A stretch of 64,000 nucleotides of DNA from IMG/VR virus record IMGVR_UViG_3300028844_006278. One strand, given 5' to 3'. The stretch comes from a virus. The translations under genes were made by a program, and so were the position numbers. This document shows, one piece after another, positions 56,440 to 64,000 of the stretch; the stretch's first letter is position 1; each line of letters begins with the position of its first letter. A model generated the notes under the pieces. The model saw only the letters and a program-made list of their open reading frames with translations. It did no database searches and was not told the origin of the DNA.

Positions 56440-59037
56440 CTACTTGTTTACCTTGTATTCGGACAAGGCTTTAGGCACTATACTGCCGTCATCGCTCTGT
56501 ACAAGGAGCGCATCCGGTGCATCGAATCTCTCCTTTCCTGGATAGGGATAGGTCTCACCTATAACGGCGTGCACGACTGCCTGCTCCTGCCAAGTATTCT
56601 CTGTATCTAGGATGGTCTGCCACTTAGGGGCTACCAGAGAGAAGGAGCTCGCGCCGTATACGGCAGATCCACTGCTCGGAAAGGCAAATGAGGAGGATCG
56701 CTGTCCTTTTTGCGTAGCGAGTCCCTTATTGATAAAGTCCTCGTACAGTAGCCGCAAGGATGTAGTAAACAGTGACGTAACGTCCTCGTACTCTTCGATG
56801 TTGCCTGCTTCGGGTACCGCGAGCTCTATCGAGATGCGTCTTCCTATAGTGATCGGATCTACGTTAGCCCCGTCGTTCGATACGACGCTCTTCTCGGATA
56901 GAATCTGTCCTTTAGCTAACACAGAGCCTCGCAGGCCTATATCTCCGTTGATCTCTACTCGAGGATCTTCTCTTGGGAGGTCTGAAACCTTATCGGCTAC
57001 GCCGGAGGCCTCGAGGGCCGGATTGTTTATAGCTCCACCGGCCTTGTCGACTGTGAGGAGCGGAGTAACTACACTGATAGGTCCTCTGGATATAGATAGG
57101 ATGGAGTTATCTCGCATGAATATACCTGTGGCGCTCTCCAACATAGTGAGGGAGGCCGACTGGGCGTAGGACATGAAGAGATTTTGGCCTCGGAGAGTGG
57201 TGCTGCCATTGCCCGAGTCGAATAGGATATCGCAGGTAGTCGTATCCGACTCTACCCCTCTATCGCTACCTTCTCCGTCTACGTCCGAGGAGTACCCGGA
57301 TCCGTATATGTGGCTGCCGAGGATAGACACTCCTGAGCTTGGAGCCTTAAGCTGTATACCGGATCCGAACGGCAGCCCTTCGTTTAAGGCCTGTTCGTCG
57401 ATGTCGTTGAGAGAGCCCTGCTCGGATCTATTTTCTAGAGTCAACATTCCCCCCGAACTACCACCGGATAGCATCTGTAGGTTCCCCTCTGCCTTTATGG
57501 CAATAGATCCTTCTGTAGAGGATACCTCTACCCGGCCCTTGGTTCTGTTGATGCGATTTCCGGGAACCTGCTCTATCAAATCTCTTCCGGGAAGTATCTC
57601 GACGTCTCCGATAGAGGCTATCGTTACCCTACCTCGGTTCATACGGATCTCGCCTCCGTATCCGTCCCCCAGCACTAGTCCCCCGTCATCCGACATAAGG
57701 AATACGGAGCTGTTCTTGAATAGCTTCACCTTCCTGCCCGGGTAGATCTCCTTATCTTCCGACACTAGGTCTGCGATTGTGTATTCGCTCTCCTGGGACT
57801 CTAGCGGGCGTACTTTTGTGGTAGATTCTCCCGGGAATACGGCCTCTCTTACCTCCTCTATGGTGGGGAAGTGCCAGATTCCGTCGTCTTTCCGAAGGCC
57901 CTGGAAGTAGGTAGTAGCCTCTTCATAGGTCGCGAACTCGTCGTGCATGAGAGGCATCAGTCTGTACACCTCGTCAATGCTAGACAGACCGAACGCCTCT
58001 CTCAGACGCTCTGCGTCGGATAGATCGGAGTATTCTGCAGGGAAGTCGTTGCCTTCTGCCGGCGCTGCGCATGCAATGTCCTCCTTCTTCCAAGGAGATA
58101 CGATTGCATAAGTCTTCTCTAGCTTTATCTCCTTTGCCGCCCGGACTCGGTATATGCCGTCCATTCGCTGTAGGACAGATAATGTTCCCGGATACGTCTC
58201 TTCTCCGAAGGTATATGGGCCGCCTTCGCTGAAGTCTGTACGCATGGTATCGTAGACACCTTCCGATGCACCTCCACGGAACGCCTGGTGCCGGAACAGC
58301 CCTGTAGCGTTCTCAGTAGCTGGGACGATAGACGTAGTGCCGTCCTCGTTCTCGTACTCTTGCAAGGCACTTTGTCCGCCTATAGCCTCTAAGATCGATA
58401 GGGCGTACTGCTCGACGTCTGTGGCAACGTCTCCTCGATGTATTGACTCCCGTAGGTAGGACAGGTGATCCTGAACATAGTTCCTGGCGGTGAGGTCTGC
58501 TTGGGAGTCTATTCCGCTGAAGGTAATGGCGCAATCCGGAGCTATTCCCGCCTTGCACATGAACTCCGATAAGAGGAAGATGCCGCCCAAAGCTGTCGAC
58601 TTATACCAATCGCCGGGCTGGGCATCTGTGAATCTATTACTAGACCTGCTTTGTCTAAGGTCTGAGGAGGGTCCGGAAGTCTTCACGACCTCCCTATATG
58701 CAGCGTTATTCTCCACGCCTGCGAGGGACCCCTCCTGTATCGATAGTCCGGAGAACACACTGCCTTCCTGCTTGGGGAAAACGTCGAACGAGCCGATAAT
58801 AAGGTTAGGGGAGAGGAAGTACTGTGCTAAGGCCGAGGCCTCGCGCAGTTTAGCTATCAGCACTACTCCGCCCGGGGAGTAACATGTGCCGCTAGTGTGG
58901 CCGCCGCGACGAGAGCTTCCTGTCTCTAAGGCCGCTGCGGTTATTGATTGGCCCTCTATCTCAACGAAATAGTGGTTGGCGTAGGCCCCTGCAACTATTA
59001 CGCGCCCTATATGTAGGGATATCTGTCCTTCCTGCAT
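56440..59037 (-). CDS. Putative baseplate spike (gp5/GpV/VgrG-like) protein
   Basis: N-terminal OB-like GRVIV...Y.PGGVVLI; beta-repeat region GLVLGDGYGGEIRMNRGRVTIAS.GDVEILPG. Confidence 0.5.
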   Translation of the reverse strand: MQEGQISLHIGRVIVAGAYANHYFVEIEGQSITAAALETGSSRRGGHTSGTCYSPGGVVLIAKLREASALAQYFLSPNLIIGSFDVFPKQEGSVFSGLSIQEGSLAGVENNAAYREVVKTSGPSSDLRQSRSSNRFTDAQPGDWYKSTALGGIFLLSEFMCKAGIAPDCAITFSGIDSQADLTARNYVQDHLSYLRESIHRGDVATDVEQYALSILEAIGGQSALQEYENEDGTTSIVPATENATGLFRHQAFRGGASEGVYDTMRTDFSEGGPYTFGEETYPGTLSVLQRMDGIYRVRAAKEIKLEKTYAIVSPWKKEDIACAAPAEGNDFPAEYSDLSDAERLREAFGLSSIDEVYRLMPLMHDEFATYEEATTYFQGLRKDDGIWHFPTIEEVREAVFPGESTTKVRPLESQESEYTIADLVSEDKEIYPGRKVKLFKNSSVFLMSDDGGLVLGDGYGGEIRMNRGRVTIASIGDVEILPGRDLIEQVPGNRINRTKGRVEVSSTEGSIAIKAEGNLQMLSGGSSGGMLTLENRSEQGSLNDIDEQALNEGLPFGSGIQLKAPSSGVSILGSHIYGSGYSSDVDGEGSDRGVESDTTTCDILFDSGNGSTTLRGQNLFMSYAQSASLTMLESATGIFMRDNSILSISRGPISVVTPLLTVDKAGGAINNPALEASGVADKVSDLPREDPRVEINGDIGLRGSVLAKGQILSEKSVVSNDGANVDPITIGRRISIELAVPEAGNIEEYEDVTSLFTTSLRLLYEDFINKGLATQKGQRSSSFAFPSSGSAVYGASSFSLVAPKWQTILDTENTWQEQAVVHAVIGETYPYPGKERFDAPDALLVQSDDGSIVPKALSEYKVNK

Positions 59038-59138
59038 CGTACTCCTATCCTCCTATGAAAACCGCAAGCTAAGTCTTCTATGCAGGAACAGAGTACAAGG
59101 ACATGCACAATATGCAAGGGCCTCTGCCCTCTCGGACT

Positions 59139-59657
59139 CTAGCGAGAGTTAGAGTCCACGGTCAGTTTAAGCACCTGGAGGGTGACATTGGCGTTAACGA
59201 CAGTAATGCCACCCCCTCCGTTGCTGACGGTCATACCGAAGTTGTTGATAAGGCACCCTTCGCATACAAAGCTCTGCGAGTTGGACCTCTCAGTCGCCGT
59301 ACAGTTACCGTTCGCGTCGGTATACGTTCCCGGGCCGGTAGGCTTCAGGACGATAACACGCTTCTCGAACCCGCAGATCTTACCGAAGTCCTCGAGGAAG
59401 TTCTTAATAGTTCCTTGCGGACCGATGATCGTACCCAAGCTGAGAGTGCCGTTAGACTCTCCCGAGATGATATGGGTAAGCGGGCTGTTGAGCGGGGTAA
59501 TTTGTGACGTAGACCGACGATATGCCAGGTTCACGGACGTTATGATCAGGTCATCGAGCGACGCGCTCTGTCCACGGTCCCCGAAGGATATAACCGCACC
59601 GTCCAAGTTCCACGCTTGGCCTATATTCCTATCGATTCCAAATACATCTTGTGCCAT
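59139..59657 (-). CDS. Tail tube protein
   Basis: 172 aa immediately after sheath; ITSVNLAYRR, GTLSLG, GCLINNFGMTV. Confidence 0.7.
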   Translation of the reverse strand: MAQDVFGIDRNIGQAWNLDGAVISFGDRGQSASLDDLIITSVNLAYRRSTSQITPLNSPLTHIISGESNGTLSLGTIIGPQGTIKNFLEDFGKICGFEKRVIVLKPTGPGTYTDANGNCTATERSNSQSFVCEGCLINNFGMTVSNGGGGITVVNANVTLQVLKLTVDSNSR

Positions 59658-59672
59658 TTTAATATCCTCCTA

Positions 59673-62441
59673 CTAGCTGACTCTAAAAGTGATAGGCAAG
59701 TTGTTCAGAGGGTCCGGCATATCCGGATCGACTTCTACATCGACTGTATCGCGAAGAACAGCATTCCGTTCGAGCTTGGTGACTGTTGCGGCAAGCATCT
59801 GGGGTCCAAGCTTGTTGGAGTACGATCTGTTCGTAATAGAACTGATCGTAGCGCTCAGGCGGGACGACAACAGTTCCAGCATGGCCGGACTGATGTTGCC
59901 TTGTCCGAACAGGTCCGATGTAGCATCGAGGAAGTCCCGGCAGATGTGGTCGAGGTTAGTCGTCTTCGAGCTTTCCCTCTCGTTGAAGTTCGCATAATCG
60001 ATAACCGAAGTGACCTGATGCCGCGTAAAGATACGGCCGGAGAAGTCCTTCTGTACGATCCATACTCCACCGCCTGCGATGGTGTTGAGATCCGCTCTGC
60101 TAAACTTAACCGCTGGATCTGATAGAGCAGACGATACGTTGAGCTGGGACTGCGGAGCGTGAGGCGGGATGCCTGCGCGCTGGCCAGCGAGGCCTGCCGC
60201 AACGTAGAAGATCTCCGAGGCAGTGCCGTCGGACTCTACCGGATTATCGATGTACACCAGATTGATGCGTCGAGTGTCGAACTGCGCGGCACGAGCAGCA
60301 AGGGCTGCGGCGTACTCTGCGGCACTCTGATTGCGCCAGATCTCGATCTTCAGCGCGACTGCGACCGGGCTTCCGACATCTTCTACGAGGATGAGCTGAG
60401 ACTCGGAGTTAACCCGGTCTACCGTATACTCGTCGTAGGTCGTAACGCCTTCTGCATCTGTGCTGAAGTTGATGCGAAGCAGATCGCCTGGGCGAACATC
60501 GTTGGTCTCGAACAGAGCGCCTGTTGCGTTCACTTCCCGGTAGGTATTGACTGGGAACAGATCGACAGTAGCTTCGATGTCGTCCTCGCTGGCGAGTTCT
60601 GTATAGACGTCCGTAAGCTGCGATACGGTATTGGGGATCCAGCCGATGCGCCACTGATTGTTAACTTCCGAGCTGCGGTCTAGGACGTGCGTCTTAACTG
60701 CTTGATGGATGTCCGGATCGTTAGTGAGCGGGACGATGCTGTAGACCTCGTCGTTCTCGGTGAGTACGTCGAGCGCTTCGTTATACCCGGTCAGATCGTC
60801 GGAGCATACCGGGACGTAGTAGACGCCGATCTGCCCTTCCTGGATAGCATGCGATACTGCCTTGCTGAGAGGATTCCGGGGACTGACTGGTCCGAGGATA
60901 GTCTCTCTCTGCGAATCGGAGTCCGCAAAGCCTACCTGTCCGCAGATGTCCGTGCGGAGTTCACGGAAGTCTACGACAAGCGTGCCTCCGATAACACTAT
61001 ACAGAGCATCTGTGCCGAGGATGTCGGAGGTAACTTGCGCCGATCCGTCGATAGTAACTGTATCTTCAGTGAGGGTCGAGTATGTGGACGGGAAGTCTAC
61101 ATCGACCTTATCGAACAATTCCAGATCGATATCACCTGCGATTACGTGGTCTACCGGATCGCGGAGTACGAGCGTGCGGAACGCACCTTCCGAGGCAGCC
61201 GCCATAGAGAAGGAGAACACGCCTGCCGTATTGAACTGCGTACCCTTCTTGAAGATCAGTTCGACATTGTTATTGCCGATAGGATAGGACACGGATGTGT
61301 CTATAGCGAAGTCTGATGCCGGCACAGTAAGGGTGCCTGCGATGTCTGCTCCGTTACTGGTAATGAAGGACACGATGACATCGCCCGCTGTGGCCGAGGC
61401 CGGGTCCAGCGTTCCGCCCTGAGTGACGGTGATGATGTACTTAGTGTTGGTATCTCCAGAGTAGCTAGGCGTAGCAGTAACTTCCAGATCGGCGGTGTCT
61501 GCAACATCTACCTGCAGATATGCCTGGGAGATCTCTACCTGCCAGCTATCGTTAAGCGAGACAGAGCCTGCGCCGGAATCTTCGATCGTAAACGTAGCGC
61601 CGCGAGTGCCGAGCGCTGTGTCGTACTCCGAGCCGTTGTACACGACATCCGTACCGAGGATAATGTCGGTAGTGGTGTCTCCGCCTTGGGAGCTAATACG
61701 AAGAGTAGTGCCATCCAGGCCGCCCGTGCCGCCTGTCCCTACGTTGAGGACGCGGATCGTGTAGATATCGCGAGGCCAGCCATCTACCAGACCGCTATAC
61801 AGCGTCGCATCTGCTGCGAACGTGTACTTAGTGGGCACGGTAGTGGTGGGAACCACTGTGTTGGTGATCGAGAGACTGTCGTAGGCGAACCCATTGTCGC
61901 GATAAGGATCTGCGACAGGGACTACAGAGCCTGCGATCTCCTCTGCGACGAAGCCGGATACCTGAGTGATCAGTTCCTGCTGTGCTCCGCCGTCGAACGC
62001 GCTGGAGGCGCCTTCTGTCTCGGGGAACCAGCGGAGGCGAGCCCAGTCGCCGACCTGTACATCTCGGTCGCCGAAGACCGTAGAGCGATCTGTGTCGTTA
62101 CCGGTCTTAAAGACGAGGCTATCCGACGTGATCTTATTGCCCGCAGTCTCGGTGAGTTCCGCGTTAGAGCTATCGCCGTAATACTTAAGCAGCGTATCCT
62201 CCAATAGAACGGACGCGTCATCCAGGTCTACGACTCCGCCGGGGACGGTGTCGGGCCAGTTATATACGGTACTGGACTCGGTGTCCAAGTACTCCCCGAG
62301 CTCGGCTCGTTCGTCGTCTACATCTGAACGGTGCAAGGAATAGAGCGGACCAACGCATGCTGCGTACAGAGGAAGCGCCCCCTGAGCTTGGGCCTGCTCA
62401 AATTCCTGGAAGATTTGTCTTCTAGGCTCTAAGTATGCCAT
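59673..62441 (-). CDS. Contractile tail sheath protein
   Basis: ALDVL...VYSIVPLT, RRINLVY, YVAAGLAG, FSRADLNTIAGGGVWIV, RHQVTS, PDPLNNLPITFRV. Confidence 0.85.
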   Translation of the reverse strand: MAYLEPRRQIFQEFEQAQAQGALPLYAACVGPLYSLHRSDVDDERAELGEYLDTESSTVYNWPDTVPGGVVDLDDASVLLEDTLLKYYGDSSNAELTETAGNKITSDSLVFKTGNDTDRSTVFGDRDVQVGDWARLRWFPETEGASSAFDGGAQQELITQVSGFVAEEIAGSVVPVADPYRDNGFAYDSLSITNTVVPTTTVPTKYTFAADATLYSGLVDGWPRDIYTIRVLNVGTGGTGGLDGTTLRISSQGGDTTTDIILGTDVVYNGSEYDTALGTRGATFTIEDSGAGSVSLNDSWQVEISQAYLQVDVADTADLEVTATPSYSGDTNTKYIITVTQGGTLDPASATAGDVIVSFITSNGADIAGTLTVPASDFAIDTSVSYPIGNNNVELIFKKGTQFNTAGVFSFSMAAASEGAFRTLVLRDPVDHVIAGDIDLELFDKVDVDFPSTYSTLTEDTVTIDGSAQVTSDILGTDALYSVIGGTLVVDFRELRTDICGQVGFADSDSQRETILGPVSPRNPLSKAVSHAIQEGQIGVYYVPVCSDDLTGYNEALDVLTENDEVYSIVPLTNDPDIHQAVKTHVLDRSSEVNNQWRIGWIPNTVSQLTDVYTELASEDDIEATVDLFPVNTYREVNATGALFETNDVRPGDLLRINFSTDAEGVTTYDEYTVDRVNSESQLILVEDVGSPVAVALKIEIWRNQSAAEYAAALAARAAQFDTRRINLVYIDNPVESDGTASEIFYVAAGLAGQRAGIPPHAPQSQLNVSSALSDPAVKFSRADLNTIAGGGVWIVQKDFSGRIFTRHQVTSVIDYANFNERESSKTTNLDHICRDFLDATSDLFGQGNISPAMLELLSSRLSATISSITNRSYSNKLGPQMLAATVTKLERNAVLRDTVDVEVDPDMPDPLNNLPITFRVS

Positions 62442-62462
62442 GTCTAAGTATCTCCTCTGATA

Positions 62463-63176
62463 TTAGTTGAAGGTTGTCTGGTGAATAGCTACTCGTTTAA
62501 CAATTGGCGATTCTGGAATCACCAACCAATTATACATATACGACCAATCGAGATTAACAACTGTGTAAAATGAAGTCTTCGATTCGTCGTTACGGGTTCT
62601 TAGTTCGCTTACGCTTTGTGTTAGTAAGCTCCCTAAGTGGAAATCTCTCTTTATTACCTGCTGAAAGTGGAGCATCCGGAAAAATACTTCTTGTCCGAGC
62701 AGCTCTGCCTCCGCCCCGGTTCCTCCTTTGCAGACAATGTTGTGGCCGCCTGTGATGGCCATATGGTGCCTCTCTCCCTCGCGCCATCCGTCGGACATAC
62801 CTATCGCAGATTGATTACGCAAGGCCACCGAGTTGGATCGAAAAGACTTACGTTTGATGAGCAGCGTAGGTAGCTGCTGCACCTCAGGCCCTAGAGAGCT
62901 CCATGAGGGTTTTATCAGGATTCGGCTAGGCTCGTAGTCGTACGACGATCCTTCTGCTGTCTCAGATATGTCGCAGCACTGCGTACTAGGCGTCCATAGA
63001 TATCCCTTAAGAAGAGGCTCTTCGATATTGTCTGCCGATGAGAAGTGGTACTGCAGCAGCCGTTGAAACACTCCCGATAGCATAAACGGATTAGGGCCCG
63101 CCGTAGCGAACGCACTCGGCTGTTCACACGCCTCTTGCGGGATACCCCAGCACGGTTCTGGAAAGGAGTTGGGCAT
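62463..63176 (-). CDS. Putative neck/tail-completion protein
   Basis: Directly upstream of sheath; QQLPTLLIKR, EAELLGQEV. Confidence 0.5.
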   Translation of the reverse strand: MPNSFPEPCWGIPQEACEQPSAFATAGPNPFMLSGVFQRLLQYHFSSADNIEEPLLKGYLWTPSTQCCDISETAEGSSYDYEPSRILIKPSWSSLGPEVQQLPTLLIKRKSFRSNSVALRNQSAIGMSDGWREGERHHMAITGGHNIVCKGGTGAEAELLGQEVFFRMLHFQQVIKRDFHLGSLLTQSVSELRTRNDESKTSFYTVVNLDWSYMYNWLVIPESPIVKRVAIHQTTFN

Positions 63177-63177
63177 T

Positions 63178-63193
63178 TAGAATACGTATTCTA
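63178..63193. promoter_or_regulatory. Perfect 16-bp palindrome
   Basis: TAGAATACGTATTCTA between a stop and the next start. Confidence 0.55.
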
Positions 63194-63628
63194 TTTCTTA
63201 TTTGATCGGGTAGACAGTTCTTGTGCGGCGACCGCTACTCCGGCCCCGGCTATAGTGGACAATAAATCTCGACCTATAGAGGGGTCTTTCTTTATCTTTC
63301 CCCATAGCGCAGACCCCAGTCCGCCTACGGCTGCCCCGCCTAGCGCGGCGGTTCCTGTATATCTTAGCTTTCGTGCCTGCTCCGCCTGTTCGCGGGTAGC
63401 GGCCCGTGTCTTCTCCAATGCCTTCAGCCCTTCTTGATGCTGCTTGGTCTGCAGATTGACGTCTCCTCGGCTTGCCAAGTGACTCCCTCCGACCCAGCCC
63501 GCGGTGTATAGCAGAAACTTGAGAACCGGAGCTATCGCCCACGCCTCTTTCTCTAGCATATAGCCTGTACGAGACCCGGCGCAGTATGAAGATGTCTTAT
63601 GCATTATTATTGTTCGCGCTGGCCGCAT
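63191..63628 (-). CDS. Glycine-zipper-like hydrophobic protein
   Basis: GGAAVGGLGSALWGK...RDLLSTIAGAG; EKEA motif. Confidence 0.6.
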   Translation of the reverse strand: MRPARTIIMHKTSSYCAGSRTGYMLEKEAWAIAPVLKFLLYTAGWVGGSHLASRGDVNLQTKQHQEGLKALEKTRAATREQAEQARKLRYTGTAALGGAAVGGLGSALWGKIKKDPSIGRDLLSTIAGAGVAVAAQELSTRSNKK

Positions 63629-64000
63629 ATCCTGCGCCGATCGCGCCTCCGCCTAGAGCAAAGATAAGATCTCTAGCTAGGTCGGGCTGTCCTGACATCT
63701 TTCCCCATGCCGCAGAACTAGCTCCAGCCAGGGCCGCGCCTCCTGCGCCGTACATCACAGGATCTTTCTCGTCGGGTTTAGCGGGAGTAGCTGCCGGGCT
63801 AGGTGCTGGCGTAGCTTCGGGCTTATCTTCGGGCTTATCTTCGGAGCTGTGGTTAGCTATCAACGCGCTGCCTCCAACTCCAGCTCCTCCCGCTAAACCC
63901 AAGGCAGCAAGTATCTTTACCGCCAATCCAACCTTATTTCTCGAGCTCCCAGTTGCCACGACTCGCCGCCTGAGGACACGGTCGCTGGCAGCGCCGCTCA
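63597..64000 (-). CDS. Glycine-zipper-like hydrophobic protein (paralog; probably starts beyond the window)
   Basis: GGAALAGASSAAWGK...RDLIFALGGG; frame open from GTG 63959 to the window edge. Confidence 0.6.
   Translation of the reverse strand, partial: SGAASDRVLRRRVVATGSSRNKVGLAVKILAALGLAGGAGVGGSALIANHSSEDKPEDKPEATPAPSPAATPAKPDEKDPVMYGAGGAALAGASSAAWGKMSGQPDLARDLIFALGGGAIGAGYAASANNNNA

Larger units (their letters stand above)
1..64000. mobile_element. Segment of a large tailed (myovirus-type, probably jumbo) bacteriophage genome
   Basis: Dense co-oriented overlapping ORFs; terminase, sheath, tube, tape measure, baseplate and a self-contained replication/recombination set; no cellular housekeeping genes or integrase seen. 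Confidence 0.92.

Noticed and set aside
53918-62207. Long plus-strand ORFs opposite tape measure, spike, tube and sheath (likewise opposite the replication genes)
   Set aside because: Antisense shadows of well-supported minus-strand genes, with no recognisable motifs
47158-62441. Host eCIS/tailocin/T6SS locus
   Set aside because: Linked to terminase and a full phage replication module; no T6SS membrane complex or Afp15-type ATPase

Overview
The whole window looks like part of a large (probably jumbo-class) myovirus genome. I saw no host housekeeping genes, rRNA, tRNA, integrase or CRISPR array, and the host cannot be determined. (1) 1-18.2 kb, minus strand: a replication/recombination operon with a YhcG/DUF1016-N-like protein, RecA-like recombinase, T7 gp2.5-like SSB, family A DNA polymerase, TOPRIM primase, DnaB-like helicase, UvsW-like SF2 helicase and SbcCD. 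(2) 18.4-23.6 kb: a divergently transcribed GpA-type terminase large subunit plus a few hypotheticals. (3) 23.6-38.7 kb, minus strand: an accessory cluster of acidic, Cys- and Ser-rich proteins built from one shared ~55-60 aa Cys module (YxxC...IDGxCY...YxxCxxC) and Ser-rich tandem repeats. It carries LamG-like lectin domains and an M10 (matrixin-like) metalloprotease, and includes a protein made almost entirely of four tandem Hint-like domains. (4) 38.7-64 kb, minus strand: contractile tail genes (fibre-like paralogs, baseplate J/gp25-like, hub, tape measure, a tail chaperone pair with a likely -1 frameshift, spike-like protein, tube, sheath) and an embedded phage sigma factor. The best candidate for an undescribed system is the 24-37 kb cluster. 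Three proteins begin with a Cys module lacking its first Cys strand, and the neighbouring 1031-aa protein carries three orphan copies of that strand. This suggests a modular docking scaffold for enzyme/lectin cargo. All assignments come from motif recognition by eye; no searches were run.
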